Assembly: GCA_965237955.1 (NCBI GenBank) | Contig: OZ250169.1 | Location: 4,608,001 to 4,672,000, forward strand | From: Candidatus Marinacidobacterales bacterium | GTDB taxonomy: Bacteria > Acidobacteriota > Vicinamibacteria > Marinacidobacterales > SMYC01 | Direction of reading: 5' to 3' | DNA: 64,000 nt | Part shown: positions 29,102 to 38,379 of the stretch, piece by piece | Position numbering within the stretch: position 1 is the first letter of the stretch | How the letters are laid out: each line of letters opens with the position of its first letter | The notes under the pieces: model-generated | The model's input: only the letters and a program-made list of their open reading frames with translations | Databases searched by the model: none | Told to the model about the DNA's origin: nothing | Made by a program: the position numbers and the translations under genes

Positions 29102-31153
29102 GTGATCGGAACGAGAGATGCTACCCTGCGCCGGGGTTTGGCGCGGCGACGTCGCCCGAGCTTCCCCACCCGAGTTATGCCGGTCGTCCGAAGACCTCCT
29201 TCCCGCCACCGGGACGGCGTCCTGGAGGCGGTCGTTGTCACCGTCTGGATTTTTCTTCTCTACGCCGCAGGCGCAAGTCCCACGATCTTCGTTGGTGACA
29301 GCGGCGAGCTCGTCGCCGCCGTCCATACTCTCGGCATTCCCCACCCTTCCAGCTACCCGCTCTACGTGCTCACCGGAAAGCTCTTTACACTCCTCGTTCC
29401 CTTCGGGTCGGTCGCCTACCGCATGAGCTTGTTCAGTGCGTTCTTCGCCGCGGGTGCGGTCGGCCTCCTCTACACCACCGCGCGCCGGGCGGGACTTCAT
29501 CCGGTGGCGAGCGTATTCGGCGCGAGCCTCTTGGCGGTGAGCCCGAGCTATTGGGGGGAGGCGAACGTTCAACGCGTGTACAGCCTGAACGCGTTTTTCG
29601 TGATGGCGTCGATCGCCGCCTTCTTCGAGTGGTATCGTTGCCTGGATCGACGGGACGCTCGATGGCTCTATCTCAGCTTCTTCATTGCCGGCCTCGGTGC
29701 GACGAACCATACCTTCATGGCCGTTCAGGCCGCCGCCATGTTCGCGGCGGCCCTCGTCTACGAGCCGCGCCTCGCCACGAAAGCCGTCCGGCTCGCCGCA
29801 ATCGCCGGCTCGTTCGGGGTCGGTCTTGTTCCCTACCTGTATCTTCCGCTACGCGCGCGCGCCAACCCGCCGGTCGATTGGGGCAGCCCGGAAACCGTCG
29901 CCGGCTTTCTGGACGTCGTGCTCCGGCTTGACTATTGGGGCCAGGCTTGGGTGGAGGGACCGTTCGATGCCATCCGCGCGGCGGGCGATTACGTGTGGAG
30001 CTTCGGAACGGAGCTATTGTGGCTCGGCGCCGCGCTGGCCGTCGCGGGCGCGCTCACGAGTCGCGGCCGCGACTGGCCCCGGCTCCTCCCACCCATGGTG
30101 ATGGGAGCGAATCTTCTCGCCCTGGTTCTTCATGGATCGCGCACCGACCTTTTCATTTGGCACCGTTACTACATCCCGTCCTACGTCATGGCGTCGCTTC
30201 TGGCTGCGTTCGGCTGTGACGAGCTCTGCCGGCGGCTGCCCCGTGGCCTGCGTTTGGCTCCGCTCGTGCTTCCTCTGGCGGGGTTGTTCCTCGGCGTCAG
30301 CGATTTCGACCGACGCCACTACCGAGTCGCCGATGACTTCGGCCGGAAGCTCTTGAACTCGCTGCCGGAGAACGCCCATCTTTCGGCGAGCGGGGATAAC
30401 GTTCTGTTCCCGCTCATGTACCTGCACTATGTCGAAGTCGTGCGTCCGGACGTGCATCTCATCCCTCAGGGCGTCTTGGACGCGGATCGTCCCCCGTTGA
30501 GCTTTCGTCCCGACGAGGACGCGCTCTACTTCACGCACCACCCCAACTGGAGTGTGGCGGGTCTGGAAATCGTTCCCGCCGGTCTCGCGTTCCGCGTTGC
30601 CGGCGTCCGCCGAGTCGGAGCAGGCACCGGACGCGACGGCACGGACCCCGCCCTGGAAACGCCCGTACTCGTACCGTCGGGAAATCTCGCGGGAGACGGG
30701 GATCCGAACGTCCCGAAAGACTATTTGACGCAGAACCTCATCGGACACTACCACTACATGCTGGGGACGACTTTCGCCGGACGCGACTGGCCGCGCGCCC
30801 TGGCTGAGCTCGACCAGGCGGCCGCGGCGGCCCCGGACAACGACGTGCTGTTCTATAACCTGGGACTGCTCTATACCCGAAACGGCCTCTACTCGGAGGC
30901 GTTCGATGCGTTCCGGAGATCCGCCGCCATCAACCCGCGCCCGCTCGCGGGATCGCCGAAGGCGAAGGCCCGAGATCGCCTGGACGAGGTGCGCCGCGAG
31001 CTCGACCGGCTGGGTGCGATCGAGCTGACACTCCAGAGCGAGCTCCCGCCTTTGGGCACGCCCGAGCGGGCGCCCTCCTTCGCCGAACACCTCGATGCGC
31101 TCGGCGAGCGCCTCGCGGCTCGAGGATACCGCATTCGCGCGCTCCGCCCTTGA
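29102..31153 (+). CDS. DUF2723 / TMEM260-like GT-C membrane glycosyltransferase with C-terminal TPR
   Basis: GDSGELVAAVHTLGIPHPSSYPLY, VYSL, LGATNH, YLYLPLRA...DWG and GDNVLFPLMY motifs; TPR near the end; start may be ATG 29177. Confidence 0.82.
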   Translation: MIGTRDATLRRGLARRRRPSFPTRVMPVVRRPPSRHRDGVLEAVVVTVWIFLLYAAGASPTIFVGDSGELVAAVHTLGIPHPSSYPLYVLTGKLFTLLVPFGSVAYRMSLFSAFFAAGAVGLLYTTARRAGLHPVASVFGASLLAVSPSYWGEANVQRVYSLNAFFVMASIAAFFEWYRCLDRRDARWLYLSFFIAGLGATNHTFMAVQAAAMFAAALVYEPRLATKAVRLAAIAGSFGVGLVPYLYLPLRARANPPVDWGSPETVAGFLDVVLRLDYWGQAWVEGPFDAIRAAGDYVWSFGTELLWLGAALAVAGALTSRGRDWPRLLPPMVMGANLLALVLHGSRTDLFIWHRYYIPSYVMASLLAAFGCDELCRRLPRGLRLAPLVLPLAGLFLGVSDFDRRHYRVADDFGRKLLNSLPENAHLSASGDNVLFPLMYLHYVEVVRPDVHLIPQGVLDADRPPLSFRPDEDALYFTHHPNWSVAGLEIVPAGLAFRVAGVRRVGAGTGRDGTDPALETPVLVPSGNLAGDGDPNVPKDYLTQNLIGHYHYMLGTTFAGRDWPRALAELDQAAAAAPDNDVLFYNLGLLYTRNGLYSEAFDAFRRSAAINPRPLAGSPKAKARDRLDEVRRELDRLGAIELTLQSELPPLGTPERAPSFAEHLDALGERLAARGYRIRALRP

Positions 31154-31157
31154 TGCC

Positions 31158-32309
31158 ATGCAGCGATGGAAAGTCGTTCTCACACTGATTCTCATGGCCG
31201 AGGGCTCGTCCCAGGCGCAAGGACACCTCGAATCCCAGGTCATCGAGGCTCCCGCGCTCCTTCTTTCCGGCGCGACGGGAGAGCAGCGAGAGGACGGACT
31301 CCGCGTTCTCACAACGGTGAAAGGCGAACGGGCCCGCGCCTTCACGTCGGGTCTGGAGCTCGACGCGTCGACCTACGACTATGTCGAGATCGCCGTTCGA
31401 GCACCGATCACGAAGGAGCTGTTCTTTCTCTGGACGACGTCCGCGGATCCGGATACCGTCCAAGGCGTCGCTCTCCCTCGGCCGGAGGACGACGAGACGA
31501 TGCTCTATGTCGGCTCGCATCCTGAGTGGCGAGGTTCTATCGAAGGCATCGGTATCGGGTGGACCGGCCCTTTGAAGGCTCCAATCACCCTTGGTCGTTT
31601 GACGCTCCGGCCCTCCTCGGCACGCGCCCAATGGCTTTCCGTCTGGCACGAGTGGACCGCGTTCGAGGGCTTGAAGGGTTACTCCATGAATTTCGTCATC
31701 GGAGGCTCGGCTCTGTCGTCTCAACGCGTGCGCTTCGTGCCGGCGGTCGCGTTCGCCTTGCTCCTCGTCCTCGCCGTTTATGGGGTCACGACCCGCATAC
31801 GCGCAAGACCTTTTCGCGGCGGCGCCGCGGCCGCGATCGTTCTCGCAGGATGGCTCTTGGTGGACGCACGGTGGCAGTGGGATCTCTGGCGCCAGGCTCG
31901 GCTGACGCAAGAGCGCTTCGAGGGCAAGTCCTTCACGGAAAAAAAGCTCGCCGATGACGACGGGGAGCTCTTCCGTTTGGTCATGGAGTTGAAGCGAATG
32001 CTTCCCGAAGCACCCCAAGTCGTCTTCCTCGTGAGTCGGGACCCTGAGGGCGCGGACCGCTACGTCGTGCTCCGCACGCGTTATCACCTGCTGCCGCACA
32101 ACGTGAACGCTAACTACCGGTATCCACCGGTGTCGAGTGAGATCGCCCCCGGCCAGTACGTTCTCGTGATCGAGCCTCGGGACGATATAGATTTTGACGA
32201 AGCCGCGGGGCGGCTCCTTTGGGAGACCGGAGACCCAGCGGATCGAGGTCAGCTCGAGCTCGAGCGCATTCATGCTTCGCCCTCGATCTCCTTGTACCGG
32301 AGACCCTGA
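31158..32309 (+). CDS. Hypothetical membrane protein (signal peptide, beta-rich domain, two TM helices)
   Basis: ATG 5 nt after the upstream stop; hydrophobic leader and two internal TM segments; no family recognised. Confidence 0.65.
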   Translation: MQRWKVVLTLILMAEGSSQAQGHLESQVIEAPALLLSGATGEQREDGLRVLTTVKGERARAFTSGLELDASTYDYVEIAVRAPITKELFFLWTTSADPDTVQGVALPRPEDDETMLYVGSHPEWRGSIEGIGIGWTGPLKAPITLGRLTLRPSSARAQWLSVWHEWTAFEGLKGYSMNFVIGGSALSSQRVRFVPAVAFALLLVLAVYGVTTRIRARPFRGGAAAAIVLAGWLLVDARWQWDLWRQARLTQERFEGKSFTEKKLADDDGELFRLVMELKRMLPEAPQVVFLVSRDPEGADRYVVLRTRYHLLPHNVNANYRYPPVSSEIAPGQYVLVIEPRDDIDFDEAAGRLLWETGDPADRGQLELERIHASPSISLYRRP

Positions 32310-32310
32310 C

Positions 32311-33684
32311 ATGGACACCGTGCGGATCGGGATCGGCATTTTCCTGCCTTGGCTCACCGGGGTCGCTTGGCTGCGCTATCGATGGCGTGACGCCCCCGAA
32401 GGCGCCCTCGCCCTCTGGCTCGGCTACGGCTATGTTCTCGGATTCGTCTTGACGACGTTGCTGCTCAGAGGATTCGACGCGGTTGGCCTGCCGCTGACGT
32501 TCTCGGCGACCGCGCTCACACTGGCGGGCTTGGCCGGACTCGGCCTCTTTGTTACGAGAGACGTTCCTTGGCGGCACCGGGGAGAGGAGTCCGGAGTGGG
32601 CCGGGAGGGAGCCGTGGACAAAGCCGTATTCGCGGTCCTGATCCTCCTGCTGTTCGTGCGCTACACGGGCCTGGGACTCGAGCTCGTTGGGCGGCCGACC
32701 TTCGCGTGGGACGCCTGGGCGAGCTGGGCGCCGAAGGCGCGGGTCTGGTACGAGCTACGGACGCTCGTGCCTTTCGTGGATTGGAGCGCCTGGCTCCAGC
32801 AGGGGCCCGGCGGCGCCTATACGATCGCGGCCCACCACTACCCACCCACGGTTCCACTCATTCAGGTGTGGATGAGCCTTGCCCTCGGCCGCTGGGACGA
32901 CTCGTTGATGAACCTGCCGTGGCTTTTTTGTGCGGTAGCGCTGGGACTCGGCTTCTACGGCCAGGCACGCGTCTGGGGCGTGCGCGCACTCCCTTCTCTC
33001 GTCGCCGTTTATTTCCTGCTCTCCGTTCCTTTATTGAATACGCAAGTCGCTCTCGCCGGAAGCGCCGATCTCTGGCTCGCCGCCGTCTACGGGCTTGCAG
33101 CGATGGCGTTTTTGCAGTGGTGCCGCACGCGGGAGCTGCGGCAGGCTCTTCTGGCTCTAGCCCTTGCCGCGACGTGCGCTCTCATCAAGGTACCCGGGCT
33201 GATGTGGATGCTGACCTTCGTGCCGGCCTTCGTCGCCGCGACGTGCCGAGTACCCAAGAAACTCCTCATGGCCGGAGGGCTCGTCGCGGGAGCTTCCGTC
33301 ATCGGGCTCGCGATCTCCGGACCGCATGTGTCACTTCCTTACCTCGGTCGTTACGAGCTCGGCTTCCACCCCGACGTGTTCGGGGTCTTCACCGCCGTCT
33401 TCTTCTCCTTGGCAACATGGCATCTGTTCTGGTACCTGTGGTTAGCGATCGTCGTCGTCACGATGCCGGCTCTCGTCGTCAGCCAGCCTGTCTTCCGCGC
33501 GATGGCGATTCTCGTGGCCACCGCATTCGCTTTCGTCGGTGGGGTCTACGTCTTCACTTCGCTCGCCGAGTTCGCGATCGACTACACGCAGATCAACCGC
33601 GCGTGCTTGCACATGGTGCCGATGCTGGCCTTCGTCGCGTTGGTGAGCGCCGAGGCCCGCGCACTCGGCGCGGGGGGCAAGTGA
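32311..33684 (+). CDS. Polytopic membrane protein, probable GT-C fold glycosyltransferase
   Basis: About 12 TM segments, WDAWASWAPKA, HYPP and late R-containing (INRACLH) motifs; starts 1 nt after the upstream stop. Confidence 0.65.
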   Translation: MDTVRIGIGIFLPWLTGVAWLRYRWRDAPEGALALWLGYGYVLGFVLTTLLLRGFDAVGLPLTFSATALTLAGLAGLGLFVTRDVPWRHRGEESGVGREGAVDKAVFAVLILLLFVRYTGLGLELVGRPTFAWDAWASWAPKARVWYELRTLVPFVDWSAWLQQGPGGAYTIAAHHYPPTVPLIQVWMSLALGRWDDSLMNLPWLFCAVALGLGFYGQARVWGVRALPSLVAVYFLLSVPLLNTQVALAGSADLWLAAVYGLAAMAFLQWCRTRELRQALLALALAATCALIKVPGLMWMLTFVPAFVAATCRVPKKLLMAGGLVAGASVIGLAISGPHVSLPYLGRYELGFHPDVFGVFTAVFFSLATWHLFWYLWLAIVVVTMPALVVSQPVFRAMAILVATAFAFVGGVYVFTSLAEFAIDYTQINRACLHMVPMLAFVALVSAEARALGAGGK

Positions 33685-33710
33685 CGAGCGACGGGGGGAA
33701 ATTCGCGCGC

Positions 33711-34937
33711 TCAGCGCCGGCCCATGATCCCGAAGCCGTCGCCGTCCTGCCCTTCGGTCTGCCAGACGACGACGAAATTTCCAAGCCCGTCGGAGGCCAC
33801 TTGGGGCGCCTGCTGGTTCTCGCCGGTGAAATCGTTGATCCGAACTTCATCGCTTACGGGGTTTCCGGACGGATCGAAAAGCCGGGCGAAGACCCCCTCG
33901 CCGCTTCCGTCCTGACCCAGGCTCGTCCAGACGACGAGAGAGCGGCCGCTCGACGTTCTGGCCACCCAGGGGCCTTTCTGGCTTTCCGCGGTGACGGTGT
34001 TCGCGCGAAACTCGCCTCCGAGACGGGCGCCGGAGGCATCGAAGTCCTGTCCGAAGACGCCTTCACCGCTCCCGTCCTGACCTTGGCTCGTCCACGCGAC
34101 GATGAAGTTCCCCGCGGGATCGGAGGCCACAACCGGTTCCGTCTGAGCGTCGGTCGTGAAGCTGTTCACGACGAACTCGTCGCCGATGGGAAGGCCCGCG
34201 GCATCGTACAAGCGTCCGACGACGGCATCACCGCTTCCGTCCTGCTCCGCGCTTTGCCAGACGACGACGAAAGACCCGCTGACGTTCGAGGACACGGAAG
34301 GATTTTGCTGAGCGTTGCTCGTGAACATGTTGATCTGGAACTCATCGCCGACCGAAGCCCCCGTGTGCGAGAACCGGCGGCCGTAGATTCCCGGGCCGCC
34401 CCCGTCCTGCCCTTCGCTCTGCCAGACGACCACGAAGTTCCCGGCGCCGTCGGCCGAGACGGCGGGCCGGGACTGGGGGCCGGCAGTGAAGCTGTTGACC
34501 TGAAACTCTCCACTCATAGGCGTGCCGGCTGCCGTGAAGACTCTGCCGAACACACCATCACCGCTTCCGTCCTGTCCTTCACTCTCCCAGACCACGACGA
34601 AATTCCCCGCCGCATCCGCAGCGACGGAGGGTTGGGACTGCCGGCTCGACGTGAACGCGTTGACTTGGAAGTCGTCGCCAAGGGGGGCGCCGGAAGGGTC
34701 GAGACGCCTGCCCATGAGCCCGAGTCCGCTTCCGTCCTGCTCACTCTCCCACACGACGACGAAGTTCCCGCTCGCGTCTGCGCTCACGGTGGGAGCGGTC
34801 TGCGGACCGACCGTCGTAAGATTGACGGGAAACTCCGCTCCCGTCGTCGGGATTTGCTGGGCAATCGCCCACGCGACCGGAAGTGCGGAAAGAAGGAGCG
34901 ACCAGAGAAGCAAGCGTTTCGTTACGATGCCATGCAT
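33711..34937 (-). CDS. Secreted protein of seven ~55-aa tandem repeats (probable beta-propeller)
   Basis: Signal peptide, then 7 x EFxVNxFTxxxQxxPxVxxDxxGNFVVVWxSxxQDGSGxGVxGRxF. Confidence 0.85.
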   Translation of the reverse strand: MHGIVTKRLLLWSLLLSALPVAWAIAQQIPTTGAEFPVNLTTVGPQTAPTVSADASGNFVVVWESEQDGSGLGLMGRRLDPSGAPLGDDFQVNAFTSSRQSQPSVAADAAGNFVVVWESEGQDGSGDGVFGRVFTAAGTPMSGEFQVNSFTAGPQSRPAVSADGAGNFVVVWQSEGQDGGGPGIYGRRFSHTGASVGDEFQINMFTSNAQQNPSVSSNVSGSFVVVWQSAEQDGSGDAVVGRLYDAAGLPIGDEFVVNSFTTDAQTEPVVASDPAGNFIVAWTSQGQDGSGEGVFGQDFDASGARLGGEFRANTVTAESQKGPWVARTSSGRSLVVWTSLGQDGSGEGVFARLFDPSGNPVSDEVRINDFTGENQQAPQVASDGLGNFVVVWQTEGQDGDGFGIMGRR

Positions 34938-35097
34938 GAATTTACCTTGTCGGTGCGGTCCTTAGCATTTCTCATTATACCGGAACGAGCAAATGGAAAG
35001 AGTTAACTGCATAACATCGGTGAATCCCGAGCGTTTCCACCCGCCCGGCCCCTGAGCGAGCGACCATGGGCACGTCAACGACGAAGCTCGCCCGATA

Positions 35098-35799
35098 ATG
35101 CGTAAGAAGAACAGTCTCCTCCGACGGGCGTGGCGGAAGCTCTTGCACTGGCGATTCCACCGGGTGCGCCGTGCCGAGGAGACCGGGAAGCGCGGACCCC
35201 TCCTGGAGGAGGTTCTCGGCCGGCCCTTGATCGTGCTTCCGAGTGTTTTCGACCCGAAGCTCCTGCGCTCGGGCGCGTTCATCGCGGAGAGCTTGAGCGC
35301 CGTTCTCGTCCCCCCCGGTGCGCGCGTTCTCGACCTCGGGACGGGGACGGGCATCGCGGCCCTCATCGCGGCCGAGTGGGCAGAAAGCGTCGTCGCCATC
35401 GACATCAACCCCGAGGCGGTGCGAGCGGCGCGCATCAACGCTCTCCTGAACCGGCTCGAGACGAAAATCGATGTGCGTCTGGGGGACCTATTCGCTCCGG
35501 TGGCGGGAGAGCGATTCGACGTCGTCTTGTTCAATCCGCCTTTTTATCGAGGCGAGCCCCGGGATCTCCGGGATCGCGCCTGGCGAAGCCCCGACTTGGA
35601 CCACCGATTTGCCCGAGATCTCGGCCAACATCTCGAGCCGGGGGGGCATGCACTCGTCTGCCTCTCGACGGATGGGGATTTGCCGTTCGTCGACGCGCTC
35701 GGCGAGGCGGGCTTCGACGTCGAAGTCGTGACTGAGCGCGACCTCGTGAACGAAGTGCTCCGGCTGTACCGCGCGTGGCCGCGCGCGAGCTCCCGGTAG
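35098..35799 (+). CDS. HemK/PrmC-like class I SAM methyltransferase
   Basis: VLDLGTGTG, DINPEAV, GDLFAPV and DVVLFNPPF motifs. Confidence 0.85.
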   Translation: MRKKNSLLRRAWRKLLHWRFHRVRRAEETGKRGPLLEEVLGRPLIVLPSVFDPKLLRSGAFIAESLSAVLVPPGARVLDLGTGTGIAALIAAEWAESVVAIDINPEAVRAARINALLNRLETKIDVRLGDLFAPVAGERFDVVLFNPPFYRGEPRDLRDRAWRSPDLDHRFARDLGQHLEPGGHALVCLSTDGDLPFVDALGEAGFDVEVVTERDLVNEVLRLYRAWPRASSR

Positions 35800-36899
35800 A
35801 GAGCCGTAAGCTTCGTCACGGTGACGTCCAGAGAGTAATCCTCTTGGATCCGCCGTCGTGCCGCTTCGCCCATGAGGCGACGCCGGGTACGATCCCGCGC
35901 CGTCGCCACGAGAGCCCGCGCCAGAGCTTCTTCGTCTCCGACGGGGACGGCGACGCTCGCGGGCTCGAGGTCGGGCAGGACACCGACGCGCGTCCCCACC
36001 GCGGGGCAGCCGCACGCCGCCGCCTCTTGCGTCACCCATTCCTGTCCTTCGTGACGGGAGCTCATGACGAGGAGATCGGCCGACCGGTAGTAACGGGGCA
36101 GCGTCTCGTGGGGCAGGCGCCCGTGGAAACGAACCCGCGAATCGATACCGAGGGAAGCCGCCAAGCTCCGCAGTCTCGTCGAAAGCGGCCCGTCTCCTAT
36201 TACGTGGAGGACGGCCTCGGTAAGCTCGGTGCGCGTGCGAGCGAACGCCTTGAGGAGCATGGATTGATCTTTGACGGGAACGAGAGACGCCACGTGGAGA
36301 AGCTTGAGACCTCCCTCGAGGAGTGATGGCTCACGAGCTCCCGGGTGAAACTTCGCGGTGTCGACGCCGAGAGGGAGAAACGCGGGAACGAACCCGCGCG
36401 TCTCGGCGAGTCCGGCGAGGTAGCGCGAGCCGGCGGTAATAGCCTGGGCGTCTTTCAAGGCTCGAGCCGTGAGGAGGCGGTTCAAAACGCTGAGCCGACC
36501 GCCGTAACCAATATCCGGGAGCGCTATGAGCTCACCTCCCAATAAGCTCACCACCCGGGGGATCCCGAGCCGGCGACCCGCTTGTGCCGCCACGAAGCCC
36601 GGCTCGTCGGCCCAAATACCGTGCAGGATGTCGAAAGGTTCCTGCCGGTGAAGCTGCTTGACGGCCCTGAGGGCGCGAGCGAGCAGCGGAAGCCGGGAGA
36701 GCCCCCGCGCACCGCCGCCTCCGAGGGCGCGAACTTGGACACCGTGCACGGCGTAGTCGCGGCGCATTTCCGGATATCGCAGCGTAATGACGCGGACGTG
36801 GTGGCTCTCCCGAAGCCGGCGCACGAGCGCGAGAAGCGCCGGGATGCACTCGTCCCCCTCGTGAGAGCTGAACCCGGGTACGACGAGGCCGACGTTCAT
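35544..36899 (-). CDS. Glycosyltransferase family 4
   Basis: LHVASLVPVK, SSRHEGQEWVTQEAAACGCPAVGTRVG (EX7E) motifs; family similarity ends ~35780 but the ORF runs on antisense into the MTase. Confidence 0.85.
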   Translation of the reverse strand: MNVGLVVPGFSSHEGDECIPALLALVRRLRESHHVRVITLRYPEMRRDYAVHGVQVRALGGGGARGLSRLPLLARALRAVKQLHRQEPFDILHGIWADEPGFVAAQAGRRLGIPRVVSLLGGELIALPDIGYGGRLSVLNRLLTARALKDAQAITAGSRYLAGLAETRGFVPAFLPLGVDTAKFHPGAREPSLLEGGLKLLHVASLVPVKDQSMLLKAFARTRTELTEAVLHVIGDGPLSTRLRSLAASLGIDSRVRFHGRLPHETLPRYYRSADLLVMSSRHEGQEWVTQEAAACGCPAVGTRVGVLPDLEPASVAVPVGDEEALARALVATARDRTRRRLMGEAARRRIQEDYSLDVTVTKLTALYRELARGHARYSRSTSFTRSRSVTTSTSKPASPSASTNGKSPSVERQTSACPPGSRCWPRSRANRWSKSGLRQARSRRSRGSPR

Positions 36900-36900
36900 C

Positions 36901-38379
36901 TCAGAAGCCCGTCGTCTCCGGCCGTTGATACGACATGATTTTGTGAAGTGCTCGTAGCTCGAACGGATACCGATACACCTCGAGGTGGTAACGCCACGCG
37001 CTTACCGCCCGAAGGACACCGCGTCGCAGCCCACGGAGCCGAAGATCCGTCGACGTCGGATAGTAGGCATTCAAGACGCGCTCGAAGTCGAAGACCCTGC
37101 GTCGGAGCGAGCGCTCGATCCACGGCATCGAAAGGCTTCGCCTCTGGGTGAACGCTTGCCACTCCGGCGAGATCCACTCCTCGAGGGTCTCCGGAAAACG
37201 GAATCCGCTCGCCTTCGCTTCTTCGTAGAGCACACCGGCGAGAGGTACGGGAGAATAGAGATACAGCACGATCTCCGAGCTGGGATTGACTCTCTTGACG
37301 CGGCGAATGAAGGCGATGGTCTGCTCGGTGTCCTTCACGGGCTCGGGCGGGTTGCCGAGAACGAACGACAGCTCGGGAACGATGCCGTACTCGGCCATCC
37401 TCCGCGCGATCTCGATCGTCTTTTCCGCCGTCGCCGTGCCGCCTTTGTTCATCCGTTTCAAGACCTCGTCGGAGCCCGACTCGGCCCCGAGGAACACCAT
37501 GCGGAGCCCGCTCTCGGCCATGAGCTTCCAGGTGCTCTCGGCGTACCCGAGCAGCGTATCGATGCGTGCCTCGCCCCACCATCCGATCTCCGCATCGACG
37601 ATGCGCTCCGAGAATTCACGCACGCGGGCCTCGTCCACGAAAAAATTGTTGTCGTAGAACTCGACGGCGTCGGCCCCGTAATCGCGTACGAGCCGGCGAA
37701 CGACGGCGGCGGTTCGCTTCGCGGACTGCGCGCGCCAGCGTCCTTCGGCCAGGTTGACGACCGCGCAGAAGTTGCAGGTGAAGGGACAGCCGTAGCTCGA
37801 GTGATGCGGAAGCGTTCGCCGTCCCAGAAACGTCGAACGGACATAGCGCTCCATAGGCACGCGATCGTAGGGAAAGTCGGGAAGCGCGTCGGGCGCCGGC
37901 AGCTCGGGGAGGACGAGCTCCGCTGTCTCACCGCTCGGTGCGCGGCGGGCGAGCCCGGGAACCTTCGCGAGACCGGGCCTGTCTCCGGATTCGAGCGCCT
38001 CGAGGAGCCGTGGAAACGTGAGATCCGCATGTCCTCTCAAGACGTAGTCGACGTAAGGAACGCGGAGACAGGCATCTTTGTGCTGCGTCGGGAAGTATCC
38101 ACCCCAGACGATCGTGACGTGCGGGTGTCGCTCCTTGAGCGCTCGGGAGAGGGGCACCGCGTGTGAGAGCTGCGGTCCGGGCATCACCGTCATCGCGACC
38201 ACGGAAGCGCCATCATCACGAATCCGTTGATCGATGGCGCCGAGCCCGTCCGGGGTCAGGTTGCCGTCGACGATGGTGAAATCACGTTGTCCTTCGAGAA
38301 CGGAGCCGAGAGCGAGTAGTGACATCGGCAGCACCGGCTTTCGCGTCGCGCTGCTCGGCGGGTTGTAGAGAACGATCAA
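36901..38379 (-). CDS. Cobalamin (B12)-binding radical SAM enzyme, paralog 1
   Basis: N-terminal B12-binding domain (PMSLLAL, VWGGYFPT), YGCPFTCNFC, FYDNNFF and GAESGS motifs. Confidence 0.9.
   Translation of the reverse strand: MIVLYNPPSSATRKPVLPMSLLALGSVLEGQRDFTIVDGNLTPDGLGAIDQRIRDDGASVVAMTVMPGPQLSHAVPLSRALKERHPHVTIVWGGYFPTQHKDACLRVPYVDYVLRGHADLTFPRLLEALESGDRPGLAKVPGLARRAPSGETAELVLPELPAPDALPDFPYDRVPMERYVRSTFLGRRTLPHHSSYGCPFTCNFCAVVNLAEGRWRAQSAKRTAAVVRRLVRDYGADAVEFYDNNFFVDEARVREFSERIVDAEIGWWGEARIDTLLGYAESTWKLMAESGLRMVFLGAESGSDEVLKRMNKGGTATAEKTIEIARRMAEYGIVPELSFVLGNPPEPVKDTEQTIAFIRRVKRVNPSSEIVLYLYSPVPLAGVLYEEAKASGFRFPETLEEWISPEWQAFTQRRSLSMPWIERSLRRRVFDFERVLNAYYPTSTDLRLRGLRRGVLRAVSAWRYHLEVYRYPFELRALHKIMSYQRPETTGF

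Noticed and set aside
33711-34850. Periodic DNA repeats considered as a CRISPR array
   Set aside because: The repeats are degenerate, codon-phased protein repeats; there are no identical repeats with unique spacers and no cas genes
32568-35006. 812-aa plus-strand ORF with repeats
   Set aside because: It is an off-frame overlap of the membrane gene plus the antisense shadow of the seven-repeat protein; its periodicity is inherited
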